Shown here: one piece after another, positions 29,401-38,214 of the stretch | How the letters are laid out: each line of letters opens with the position of its first letter | Position numbering within the stretch: position 1 is the first letter of the stretch | Assembly (NCBI GenBank): GCA_033763455.1 | Contig: JANRKO010000043.1 | Span: forward strand, 32,001 to 96,000 | DNA length: 64,000 nucleotides | Direction: 5' to 3' | Origin: Polyangiaceae bacterium | GTDB lineage: Bacteria; Myxococcota_A; Polyangia; Polyangiales; Polyangiaceae | The notes under the pieces: generated by a model | Databases searched by the model: none | What the model was told of the DNA's origin: nothing | Seen by the model: the letters and a program-made list of their open reading frames with translations, nothing else | Program-made: the position numbers and the translations under genes

Positions 29401-32081
29401 GGCTCAAGCTCGCGGAGGTCTTTCGGGATGAACTCAAAGACCCTCGCCGTGCCGTGGCTGCTTTTGAGCGGGTGCTCGCGGCTGAGCCAGATCACGTCGG
29501 TGCGTTATTGGGGCTTGAAGGTCTCTATACGGAGCTTGCGGAGTGGGAAGGCCTTGCCGTGGTCCAGGCTGCGTTGGCGCGTGTCGCAAAGGATCCTGGT
29601 ACTCGGTTAGCATCACTTCGCGAATTAGCCCGCACCCAGGAGACGAAGTTTCTCGTCGGCGTTGAGTCAGCGCGCGATAGTTTGCTGGAAATATTGGCAC
29701 AAGATCCCTCTGACCAAGAGGCGCTCCTTTCGCTGGAACGCATAGCGCTAAAAAGTGGCGATCAGCCGCTCTTGGCTCGCGTGGATGCGCAGCTAATTTC
29801 TGCAACCTCCGACGCTTCGCTCATGGCCCTACACTACACTCGGCTCGGAGAATCCCTTGAAGCCCACGGTGACCCTTCCGCGCTTAACTTCTATCGCGCG
29901 GCACTGCTTGCGGCTCCGCTCGATTTTGCCGCGGCACGAGGGCTAAGTCGGCTTGCTCGGGCTGCCCAAGATCCTCAGTTGTTCGAGGAAGCGGCTGAAG
30001 GCGAAGCTCGCGTCGTTCAAGATTTAGCGGCAGCGGCGGCACTCCTCCTTCAGGCGTCTCAGGCGCGCGAGGCACGCGGCGATGCAAAGGGAGCAGTGCG
30101 AGCACTCATGCGTGCCCTTGAGCTCTACCCGGGCGAAGAAGCCGTCGCCACGCAGCTCACCCGCCTGATGCTAGAGGTCGGGGAGGTGGATGCACTGCTT
30201 GCGTCCCTAGCATCCGCTGCGCGTTCGGCACCGGAGCCTGAGACATCCAGCCGCCTCTGGCTTCAAGTCGCTGGGCTGCTTTCGGAGCAGAAGGGCGATA
30301 TTGGTGGCGCCATAGCAGCACTCAAACGTGTTGTTGCGTCGGCACCGCGGAACTTTGACGCGCTCCTCGGGCTTGCTGAATTTTACGCGAAAGATCGGCA
30401 GTTTGGGGAGGCGATTGCGCGGCTTGATGAGGTGCTGCGGCTTTCACCGAAAGGGCCTTTGGTGCTGCGCGCACAGATGAAAAAAGCCACGCTGCTCTTC
30501 GATCACTCCGAAGACAAGGCAAGTGCTAGGCCGAGCGTCGAGGCGGTTCTGAAGGCTGAACCAAAGAATCCGCAAGCCTTGAGGTTGTTGCTCTTGCTTC
30601 AGGTTCAAGCGGGGCAGAGCGAGGAAGCTAAGGCCACTGGTGAAACGCTGCTGGCCGAGAGTGCTGACGTTGCAGGCCGCGCAGAGGTCCTGGCCTTGCT
30701 CGGCGGCATCGAACGCTCCCGGGGTGATGCTGATGCTGCGCTCCACTATCTTGAGCAGGCGCTCGCCCTTGTCGGCCCCGGTGGACCTATCGCGGCCGAA
30801 TTCAAGGCGCTCGTTAAGTCTCGAAAGGGTGCTGAAAAGGCCGTCTGGGCACGCTACGTCAATGCTTTGGTGGCCTATCTCGAGTCGCGCCCGCCGTTGG
30901 AAGCAGCAAGTCAGGCATTTTTCGAGTTGGGCGAAGTTCTGGGAGACCAACTAAACCAGCCGGACCAGGCTGTGGCGGCCTTAGAGGGAGGGTTGCGGGC
31001 GGATCCTATGAACAATGTCCTCCGCCGCGCACTCGCGATGAGGTTGAAAGGACAACGTCAGTTCGATCGCGCCATCACGGAGTTTCGTTCCCTTCTGGAT
31101 GTTGACGCGTTTGACGGCGACACGTGGCGCCAACTTGCAGAATGTTTTGCTGGCCTGCAGCGCTCGACAGAGGCTGTCTTAGCGATTGCGCCCCTGGCCC
31201 TGCTGGGTGTTGCCAATGATCTGGAAGTTGCGAGCCTGGGTGCCCGAAGTCCACGCCCAGCAGGTGGCGTTCCGGGGTCTTTGGATGCGAGCGTCTTCGC
31301 CGCACTCGACCAATACGGAGCGGATGCTCCAGCGCTCCAGTTGGCGAGTACCACGCAAGAGACTCTCGAAAAGATGTTCCCGGCCGATCTCGCTCGGTTT
31401 GGAGTGACGTCAAAGGACCGTTTGGGCAGTCGCTCGGGGCATCCCCTCCGAGCCCTGGCCGACCGGATCGCGAGTGTCGTTGGGGCGGGTGAGTTTGAGC
31501 TCTACCTGGCGCCACAATATCACGGCGGAGTAGCCGTCGAATTCTCGGACCCCGTCGCCATTATTCTTCCAGCCTCATTCGCCGAGTTGAACGACGCGCA
31601 ACGAGCATTCGCTCTCGGGCGCGTGCTTATCAATGTAGCCCGGCGTATTTCGATCGTAGAGAAGCTTCCACCCCAGGAAGTGAGCGCGTTCTTAGCGTCG
31701 GCGGCCCGCAACGTGGATCCAAACTTCGGACGCCAGTTGGGAGCTGAGGAGTTCTTGAATACTCAGGCGCGCAAGATCCATAAAGCGACTTCCTGGGGCA
31801 AGCGCCGGGCGCTTGAAGATGCGGGCCAGAAATACGCGCGCCAGGGTGAAGTGGATGCCGCTGGGTGGTTGGGGGGCGTGCGTCTAGCAGCCGCGCGTGG
31901 CGCGTTGCTTTTAGCTGATGATCTGGTCCAGGCCTTGGATTTCTTGCGGAGAACTGAGGGAGATCTCTCGGGGCTTCCTCCAGAGCAAGCTAAGCTGGGG
32001 ACGGCCCTTGTGGCAGATCTGCTTCGCTTCTGGATCAGCGACACCGCAGTTTCGCTCCGCCAACGCATGGGCGTGCTTTAA
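26451..32081 (+). CDS. Giant TPR-repeat protein (~1,876 aa) with Pro-rich N-terminus
   Basis: Long ORF of tandem TPR-like helical repeats, typical of myxobacterial scaffolds. Confidence 0.85.
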   Translation: MADDSSSPTSKAPPPPPVRSSVSKAPPPSPHGRLVKPKSALPPPPPPRRSDVSTPSRPPPPPVRSAAPAPVEVPLSVSEPEVPKLGVEAPQVDAPVDIAPPPSMDAPLPRRVSSIPPPLPFADSAVSAPIPSPLPASSPPVIPQLSQPEAASGSGVSRPAPPVRTAPSRPQAPAAATGSVATPSPLSVIGEAQAVGPLVPAASSLGASEAAAKVAAQAFGSRPAPATDPGSQARSLRNAEDVVALCLAQLERRPEKTREARLHFELGRLYESPLGDAAKAAEHYMRARTAVADHRPTLSGARRVLIILKQYQQALPLFDEEIRLAPDQRERAVLLYQKGQLLEDQMGQKREAREAYQAAAALAAMDATFLKAVERSEAQAEAWDALDKTLESLASAVSEDIRYRAALIAERARLVETKKGDPVRATELYRAAFQLDPRAPGALEALKRLHYAQAQFLDLAQVLEEEVRQLKRAEDRALSLLQLAELHASRFGNHEAAENALMRAHKETPEDTHILERLASLFERHERHEDLVWALERLESLASGPEEHVILLERIGRICEKELGQGDRAVAYYLRALSYNPGYRPALTALGCLYESKQKWLPLIDMLQKEAEVILDPLRRAACYARVGEVFEVELGDAGRAVEYHARALVIVPGYESSFKALVRLYSVAGKYRDLVELYEGAVESAKDNEGRITYLFKIGRIHEDALGEPAQAVFAYQRILALDAKMVAAMHAIQRAAERGGRFKDLVKGLIDEVAEVQEKSIKVQLLHRAAEVTERKLEDDDAALALYRTIAELDPGYLPALVTQGELLLRLGRFADLVEVYRAELKVTPKGPKAATVLHRIAEVLERLPNRQTEAVASYRSAVEMDPFNQAAHRSLRRKLYELAQWPELVRLLELELSATKEPEERARVCANLGEIFENRLARADKALAAYEQALQADPGCGSANDGRRRLLAQAQDRKRLVEVLESEAETALDPALGIAARLKLAEVFRDELKDPRRAVAAFERVLAAEPDHVGALLGLEGLYTELAEWEGLAVVQAALARVAKDPGTRLASLRELARTQETKFLVGVESARDSLLEILAQDPSDQEALLSLERIALKSGDQPLLARVDAQLISATSDASLMALHYTRLGESLEAHGDPSALNFYRAALLAAPLDFAAARGLSRLARAAQDPQLFEEAAEGEARVVQDLAAAAALLLQASQAREARGDAKGAVRALMRALELYPGEEAVATQLTRLMLEVGEVDALLASLASAARSAPEPETSSRLWLQVAGLLSEQKGDIGGAIAALKRVVASAPRNFDALLGLAEFYAKDRQFGEAIARLDEVLRLSPKGPLVLRAQMKKATLLFDHSEDKASARPSVEAVLKAEPKNPQALRLLLLLQVQAGQSEEAKATGETLLAESADVAGRAEVLALLGGIERSRGDADAALHYLEQALALVGPGGPIAAEFKALVKSRKGAEKAVWARYVNALVAYLESRPPLEAASQAFFELGEVLGDQLNQPDQAVAALEGGLRADPMNNVLRRALAMRLKGQRQFDRAITEFRSLLDVDAFDGDTWRQLAECFAGLQRSTEAVLAIAPLALLGVANDLEVASLGARSPRPAGGVPGSLDASVFAALDQYGADAPALQLASTTQETLEKMFPADLARFGVTSKDRLGSRSGHPLRALADRIASVVGAGEFELYLAPQYHGGVAVEFSDPVAIILPASFAELNDAQRAFALGRVLINVARRISIVEKLPPQEVSAFLASAARNVDPNFGRQLGAEEFLNTQARKIHKATSWGKRRALEDAGQKYARQGEVDAAGWLGGVRLAAARGALLLADDLVQALDFLRRTEGDLSGLPPEQAKLGTALVADLLRFWISDTAVSLRQRMGVL

Positions 32082-32103
32082 CGTTCCAGAAAAACGAACT
32101 GGC

Positions 32104-32340
32104 TCAAGGGGCCCGATGGCTTCGATGCAGGCACCAGATAGGTGGTTGCCCAGCTGCGGCGACGAGCTCCCAACCCTTTTCAGCCGCGGCATTTGCGCGA
32201 GCGGCAACCTTCTCGGGAGATGTTTCCTCGAAGCATAGGTATTCTGCGGCGCCTTCGTGTTTTGCGTCAGGCATGGTTCGATCGGTTACGCAAGCCGAAG
32301 CCAGAAGGCCTACCACCATTCCAAGAGTTCCAACGCGCAT
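32104..32340 (-). CDS. Small lipoprotein (DUF4177-like)
   Basis: LLASAC lipobox; EYLC...ANAAAEKGWELV. Confidence 0.6.
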   Translation of the reverse strand: MRVGTLGMVVGLLASACVTDRTMPDAKHEGAAEYLCFEETSPEKVAARANAAAEKGWELVAAAGQPPIWCLHRSHRAP

Positions 32341-32421
32341 GCTCCAGCCTCTAACTCAGGTTGCGGTGTGAAATCCAGTCGGGTTGGCCAGCCGCCATTC
32401 TGTCGGCGCGGCGGAACACGC

Positions 32422-32916
32422 TCAGTGATGGTGGTGATCTCCAGGCCCATGAACATGACCGTGAGCTAACTCTTCCGGGAGCGGAGCTCGTATGCCCACA
32501 ACTTCGACGCTGAAGTGAAGCGTCTTGCCAGCCAGAGGATGGTTGCGATCCACCACAACGCGGTCGCTTTTCACTTCTCGGATCCACACCGGCACTGTCT
32601 GCCCGCGTTCGCCCTCTACCGCAAACTGCATTCCTACAGTCACGTTCTTTGGAAATGAGCTCTTCGGATAGGTCTTGGTGGAGTTCTGCTGGAGGTTGCC
32701 GTACGCATCCGCTGGCGCCACCTTAACCTCAAATTTTTCGCCAACGCTCTTGCCCTCTAGCTCCACCTCGAGCCCGGGAACGATGCCACCGTGCCCGTGA
32801 AGGTAAGCTAAAGGCTCATCACCGGAACGATCAATCTCCTTGCCGTCAGGAAGCCGAAGTACGTAGCGGAAGGAAACTACCTGGTTTGGTCTGACTCGTT
32901 CAGCAATGTCGCCCAT
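32422..32916 (-). CDS. slyD: FKBP-type peptidyl-prolyl isomerase SlyD
   Basis: YLHGHGGIVPGLE, DRNHPLAGKTLHF, His-rich tail. GGAGG RBS precedes the ATG at 32916. Confidence 0.92.
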   Translation of the reverse strand: MGDIAERVRPNQVVSFRYVLRLPDGKEIDRSGDEPLAYLHGHGGIVPGLEVELEGKSVGEKFEVKVAPADAYGNLQQNSTKTYPKSSFPKNVTVGMQFAVEGERGQTVPVWIREVKSDRVVVDRNHPLAGKTLHFSVEVVGIRAPLPEELAHGHVHGPGDHHHH

Positions 32917-32995
32917 TGAATCCTCCCGGTAGCAAGGCCCCGAGCGCCTGCCAACTCCCAGAGCATCCTTCCGCTGGGCTCTCGCTCCAATCTTG

Positions 32996-33079
<84 letters not shown>

Positions 33080-33199
33080 AAAGCCGGATCAGGCGTCCGG
33101 CCACGTTTCTAAACTGCCCAGTGCCCTGTGCCGCTCATCAACGCGGCCGCTACCTACAACGCGCGGCCAGGTTACACAAGCCCGTTTCGTCTGATTGGG

Positions 33200-34792
33200 C
33201 TAGCGCGCTTTCTTCAAAACCGACGCACTACCCCCCAAGGCACCCGGCCGTGGCAAAGGCGGGGGGGAACCCGACGCGCGACGGCCGTTATCGCCTTTAG
33301 GAGAACTCACCGGGAGGGGGGGGGGACTGGAAACTCGGCGCGCCGCAGCTGCAGGGGGAGCAGCGGCCGCGGCGGTTGCTTGCTCGTAGCGGAGGCGTTC
33401 CTCGAACACGACGACACTGATCAAAGAGTCTACGTCGGCATCGGAAATCACCGCGTCGCGGGTATCAATGTTGGGATCCAAGAGTTCAATGACGGCGAGC
33501 ATCGCCGTGCGCAGGATAGATTCGTTGGGAAACGAGTCGCGAATGATCTCCTCGCGCGCTTCGTCGGTCGAAGCGGCGACGAGTTCTGCATACATTGAGT
33601 CTACTGATAGGAGGACGGGCGTGGGGAGCGAGTTCCAATTGGGGGGGAGGCGGTCGATGCCTCGCAGGCGCTCGGCTGCTCGTTCGCGGCTCTGTTCTTC
33701 CTGAGGTGTGCGCGCGACCACTTCAGCTTCCGCTTGATCTGGCTCGCTTCGAGCCATCGAGCCCGACGCCGGAGCTGCCTCCTGTGCAGTGGCAGGCTCG
33801 TCTGAAGGTGTCACCTCGGAGCCGTTTTCGACCATTGCACCGGCGTGCATCTCATCATCCTCTCCGACCTCTTCGAAGAGCTCGTCAAAGCTCGGGGCCG
33901 CGGGCTCCGGTTCAGCAGCGTCCGGCAATGCGTTCGATGCTTCAGCTGTGGTGGCTGAGGCCGGTGCCTTCACCGCGTCGGCTGATGCCGCCGACGCGGT
34001 CGGAGTAGCCGGGCTCGGAGCCACGGCACCAGGAGCTTTCGCGCTCGTGGCCTTCCCGGCACCCTCTGGAGCTCTAACTTCATTCTTAGAGGTCGGTTCT
34101 GGGCTTGGCGTGGCTGGAGATGCCTCCACTAGCCCACATGGAACGGCCACGAGCTCCACGATGAGCTCTTGCCATAGGCGCTCTACCGACGAGAACCCGA
34201 AAAGCTTCTCCATCGAAAGGAGCTCCAGAATACCAAGCTCAGTGACGGCTTGGTTCTGCCTCCCAAGCTCCAATCCGAAACGCATTATCGTGCGCAGTTC
34301 AGCGGGCGGAAGTACATCCACGAGTGCGTCAATATTAAGGCTCTTGAGCACCTGCTCGAGTGTAAGCAGGCCCTCATCAACAGCCGTACTCACGACAAAA
34401 GTGACGCGCGAAACGGAGTCCGCCCTGCCGTCCGACCAGAAGGGCTGTTCAATTAGATAGCGCCAAGCCTGCGGGCGCGGAAGGTAGCGTGCCTGATCGT
34501 CTGCAGGGAACAATCCGACAATCATCTCAGCGCTAGCAACGCCCTCATCCAGCGCAATCTGGAGATCTTCAATTGCGGACTCAGGCGATTTTTTTGCCGC
34601 GATGCGCGCGTGCACACCGGCGGCCTCGACCAATAGTCGGGAGCGAACTTCAGGGGCGTCCGCTAGGGCGGTGATAAGCTGTGTGGGTCCAAAGTGGCGC
34701 AGGAAGTCTGCGGGAGTCCGCCATTGTTTTTCGAGCGAGCTCGCAAAAAATTGACCAAGAAAACTTTCTACACCGGGCTTCAGAGCAGTCAC
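33200..34792 (-). CDS. Hypothetical protein (two helical domains joined by an A/P/E-rich linker)
   Basis: 530-aa ORF; GTG start with AAGGAAGG RBS. Confidence 0.75.
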   Translation of the reverse strand: MTALKPGVESFLGQFFASSLEKQWRTPADFLRHFGPTQLITALADAPEVRSRLLVEAAGVHARIAAKKSPESAIEDLQIALDEGVASAEMIVGLFPADDQARYLPRPQAWRYLIEQPFWSDGRADSVSRVTFVVSTAVDEGLLTLEQVLKSLNIDALVDVLPPAELRTIMRFGLELGRQNQAVTELGILELLSMEKLFGFSSVERLWQELIVELVAVPCGLVEASPATPSPEPTSKNEVRAPEGAGKATSAKAPGAVAPSPATPTASAASADAVKAPASATTAEASNALPDAAEPEPAAPSFDELFEEVGEDDEMHAGAMVENGSEVTPSDEPATAQEAAPASGSMARSEPDQAEAEVVARTPQEEQSRERAAERLRGIDRLPPNWNSLPTPVLLSVDSMYAELVAASTDEAREEIIRDSFPNESILRTAMLAVIELLDPNIDTRDAVISDADVDSLISVVVFEERLRYEQATAAAAAPPAAAARRVSSPPPLPVSSPKGDNGRRASGSPPPLPRPGALGGSASVLKKAR

Positions 34793-34865
34793 GCCAGACC
34801 TTCCTTTTTAGAACAAACGGGCGGGGATGCTAGGTCGGGATGTCTCGGTGAGCTAGCGAAAGGTG

Positions 34866-35198
34866 CTACGTAGGTAGCCTCTTTTTCTTGGTGCTCCGAG
34901 CGCGGCTTTGCTCAGGCGGGATCTTTGCAGCTCCGTGGTTTTTGGGCGCCTGGCGCCCGTCGGCCCCGCGCCGTGCCAGGAGTTTTGCGCAGGCCTCAGC
35001 GGCAGCGTCGTCGAGTGCCGCGAATAGCTGCGTGGTTTCGGCATTTTTGAGAGGCGTTCCAACAAACAGCACGCCACTTAGCCCAGCTTCCCTAGAGAAA
35101 CGGCGGAGCACAGACAGCGGGATATTTGACGTCACATTCAGGAGCAGTTCCCCGGTAGAACTGAGTGCGATGATCGCCCCGAGAGCTTGCTTGGACAT
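34866..35198 (-). CDS. Small hypothetical protein
   Basis: ORF with GAGG before MSKQALG; fills the gap between neighbours. Confidence 0.45.
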   Translation of the reverse strand: MSKQALGAIIALSSTGELLLNVTSNIPLSVLRRFSREAGLSGVLFVGTPLKNAETTQLFAALDDAAAEACAKLLARRGADGRQAPKNHGAAKIPPEQSRARSTKKKRLPT

Positions 35199-35380
35199 CC
35201 CTCGCCCAAAGCGAAGTTCGTGCCACCGACTAAGCGCGATCGCAGGCCCAAAGAAATAGCGTTTTCTTGGCTTTTCATGGGGCACCGATGTGCGGGTTCG
35301 GGACACCGCGTCTCAGCGCAGGCCAATATTCTGGTACGCTGCCTCGCTTTGAGACTACGTTTGCGGGAACCGAGCGAGCT

Positions 35381-36664
35381 GTGGCTGCTGATTCTGGATC
35401 TGTAGAACCTGGCGTAAGAAATCGCTGGATCTTGCACGCCGATATGGATGCTTTCTATGCGTCGGTGGAGCAGCGCGAGCATCCTGAATATCGCGGAAAA
35501 CCTGTGATTGTGGGAGGCCGGGGGGGGCGCGGGGTGGTAGCGGCAGCTTCCTACGAGGCCCGCGTGTTTGGGGTGCGTTCTGCAATGCCCGGCTTTCGCG
35601 CCTTCGAGCTGTGTCCACATGCCATATTTGTTCCCCCCAACATGGACCTCTACGCCCAAGTGTCCCAAGAAATCGGGGCGATCTTTGCCGAGTTTACGCC
35701 CGACATTGAGCCTCTTTCTTTGGATGAGGCATTCCTGGATATTTCGGGGTCCGTCGGGCTCTTTGGCGGGCCCCTGACGCTGGCTCGTCGCCTCAAGCAG
35801 CGTGTTTTGGAGGCGACGTCACTCCGAATTTCGGTCGGCGTTGCCTCTAACAAGTTAGTCGCAAAGATCGCGTGCACTCTTTCGAAGCCTGACGGTTTGT
35901 TGTTGGTGCCGCCCAGCGCCGTGAAGTGGCTCCTCGATCCGTTGCCAGTGCGCCGCCTGTGGGGGGTAGGGCCGGCTCTCGCAGCGGAGCTCGAGCAGCT
36001 AGGGGTGAGAACCTTTGGTGAACTTGCGGAGTATGATGCTTACAAGCTGAAGAACGCTTTAGGTAGCCGGGGTCCGCTTCTGCAGCGCTTGGCCCGAGGC
36101 GACGATGTTCGCTCGGTGGAGCCGAACCGCGACGCACGCTCCATTGGTGAAGAAAACACATTCGGGGTTGATATTGTCGACCCCCAGGTCATCTTAGATA
36201 CCTTGACGCAGCACTCGCATGCGGTGGCTCAACGGCTGCGTCGCGCCGGCTATCGTTGCAAGACGATATCGGTGAAGCTCAAGCTCGCGCGTTCGCGCTC
36301 ACACCGCCCGAGTCGGTTCGCCGGGTTGTCGGAGCCGGTCTATCCGCTGCTGATACGGAGCCGTACGCTCGCCGCAGCTACGCTTGATGCTGCCGAGATA
36401 GCGCGGGCCGCCCACGAGCTCTGGAACCAGGCGAACATTCGTGGCGCGGTTCGGCTAGTCGGTGTTTCACTTTCCAATCTAACTCCAGTGGCCGAGGAGC
36501 AACTGGACCTATTCGGCCCGAATCCGGCAGAGGCGCTCGCGCACACACTCGATGCGATTGCAGCGCGTTACGGTAGTAAGATGATCGGCCCAGCAGTCGG
36601 AAGGATCGAGAAGTCAGGAGTCTCATCTCGCAAAGAGCCGATGAAACCGCTAGTTAAGGGCTAG
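35381..36664 (+). CDS. dinB: DNA polymerase IV (Y family)
   Basis: HADMDAFYASVEQ, SYEARVFGVRSAMP, SLDEAFLD, KPDG. Start uncertain. Confidence 0.95.
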   Translation: MAADSGSVEPGVRNRWILHADMDAFYASVEQREHPEYRGKPVIVGGRGGRGVVAAASYEARVFGVRSAMPGFRAFELCPHAIFVPPNMDLYAQVSQEIGAIFAEFTPDIEPLSLDEAFLDISGSVGLFGGPLTLARRLKQRVLEATSLRISVGVASNKLVAKIACTLSKPDGLLLVPPSAVKWLLDPLPVRRLWGVGPALAAELEQLGVRTFGELAEYDAYKLKNALGSRGPLLQRLARGDDVRSVEPNRDARSIGEENTFGVDIVDPQVILDTLTQHSHAVAQRLRRAGYRCKTISVKLKLARSRSHRPSRFAGLSEPVYPLLIRSRTLAAATLDAAEIARAAHELWNQANIRGAVRLVGVSLSNLTPVAEEQLDLFGPNPAEALAHTLDAIAARYGSKMIGPAVGRIEKSGVSSRKEPMKPLVKG

Positions 36665-37022
36665 CCGCTCGGTCAGTACAGCTTGCTTTGCGGAAGTCGC
36701 AGTAAATCGAAATACCGACTTAGAATGGCACTAGATTGACTTTCGCGTAGGGTTGCGAGATTCGCCATCTTCGCGTAATGAATGAATTGTTACTTTTATC
36801 GTTGCGTCCGTGCATGTCATCCCAAAAGGGTGCGTCCATATGACACAACGATCCTGGTCCTCGGGTCCTCACCCTGGACACGAGCTCAGGGTAGCAGCAG
36901 TAAACCCCAACATTATTCCAATCCTTGACGCTCCACGCCCGCTAGGGCATGAAGCGTGCAGGTGGCGGCGGGGCAAGAAGCCCAAAGCTTAACTAACAGG
37001 GAATGGAGGAGCCTTAAATCCA

Positions 37023-37352
37023 ATGAAAAAAATCATCTCACTTTTGGCACTCGCGGCAATCGGCGCGGGTTCAATGGTAATCGGCTGTAGCGACGACGAG
37101 TCTGATCCAGTGGTTACACCCAAGACCGGCGGCGCAGGTCCCGGAGCTGGCGGCGCTAAGTCTGGTGGCGCAGGCCCAGCAATGGGCGGAGCTAAGTCTG
37201 GCGGCGCAGGCGGCATGACAGCCGCTGGCGGCACCGCCTCCGGTGGCACCGCCTCCGGCGGCGCACCGGCAGCAGGTGGCGGCGCAGGCGCACCGGCAAG
37301 CGGTGGCGGCGCAGGAGCACCTGGCGGCGGCGGCGCAGGCGGCGCAGGCTAA
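37023..37352 (+). CDS. Small Gly/Ala-rich lipoprotein
   Basis: GGAGGAG RBS; MKKIISLLALAAIGAGSMVIGC lipobox; GGAKSGGAG repeats. Confidence 0.8.
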   Translation: MKKIISLLALAAIGAGSMVIGCSDDESDPVVTPKTGGAGPGAGGAKSGGAGPAMGGAKSGGAGGMTAAGGTASGGTASGGAPAAGGGAGAPASGGGAGAPGGGGAGGAG

Positions 37353-37374
37353 GTCGTCATCAGCGTAACCAGCG

Positions 37375-37409
37375 AAACGCCTTCGAACCTTTTGGTTCGG
37401 GGGCGTTTT
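37375..37409 (+). terminator. Intrinsic terminator
   Basis: AAACGCCTTCGAACC-tttt-GGTTCGGGGGCGTTTT. Confidence 0.8.
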
Positions 37410-37542
37410 GCTGTTTGTTGCGCCTGTTCGGGATGCGCTAAGCGAATTCGCTGATGGGTGCGCCCGTTCGGGCGGGTTAAGGAGCGCATTCTCTGACAAG
37501 GGGCCGTGCCGTGGCGGCAAAAACGGGTAGAGTCGCGGCCAA

Positions 37543-38208
37543 ATGAAACTGCTCTTGGTGCGGCATGGGGAAAGCGTTGGGAACGCCGAGGAGCGCCTTC
37601 AGGGGCAGCGGGATTATCCGTTAACTGAGCGTGGTGACGCCCAGGCGAGCGAACTCGGGCGTGCATTGGCGCGGTTGGATCTGAGCTTTGATGCGGCGTA
37701 TGTATCGCCGCTTAGCCGTGCCAGGCTCACGGCTGAACGCATAGCTCGAGAAGTGGCGCTTCCAGAATTCAGCGTTCTGGAAGATCTGCACGAGATCGCG
37801 TTTGGTCGGCTCGAAGGGCTGAAGCGTTCCGAGATCGAGGCGAAGGCGCCGGAATTTTTGCGGCGGGGTGTGGAAACGCTGGCGGACTACGGAGAGTTTG
37901 GCGGGGAATCCTACGAGGCCGTGCAAGCCCGCGTGGATCGCGTGCTCACTACGCTCATTTCGCGCCACCGTGACACGGAGCACACCGTGTTAGTAGTTGG
38001 GCATGGAGGCTTCAACTTTCAGCTGGCCAAGAGCTTGGTGTGTGTGCCCGTGCCGCGCGTTTGCTTGTTGAAGATAGGCAACTGCACGTCAACGCTTATT
38101 CGAATGACGGAGCGCAGGGGCACGTACATGGGCGAGCTCTTGTGGCACGTGCCTCTGGAATTGTGGGCGGGTAAAGCGGTGAGCCAGAGCGTTTCGGTGG
38201 GCATTTAG
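37543..38208 (+). CDS. Histidine phosphatase (phosphoglycerate mutase family)
   Basis: LVRHGES, SPLSRARLTA, GES, VVGHGG. Confidence 0.9.
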   Translation: MKLLLVRHGESVGNAEERLQGQRDYPLTERGDAQASELGRALARLDLSFDAAYVSPLSRARLTAERIAREVALPEFSVLEDLHEIAFGRLEGLKRSEIEAKAPEFLRRGVETLADYGEFGGESYEAVQARVDRVLTTLISRHRDTEHTVLVVGHGGFNFQLAKSLVCVPVPRVCLLKIGNCTSTLIRMTERRGTYMGELLWHVPLELWAGKAVSQSVSVGI

Positions 38209-38214
38209 GCAAAG

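Noticed and set aside
36726..36740. TGGCAC...TTGAC sigma-54-like site
   Set aside because: The spacing is off by one and there is no GC at -12.
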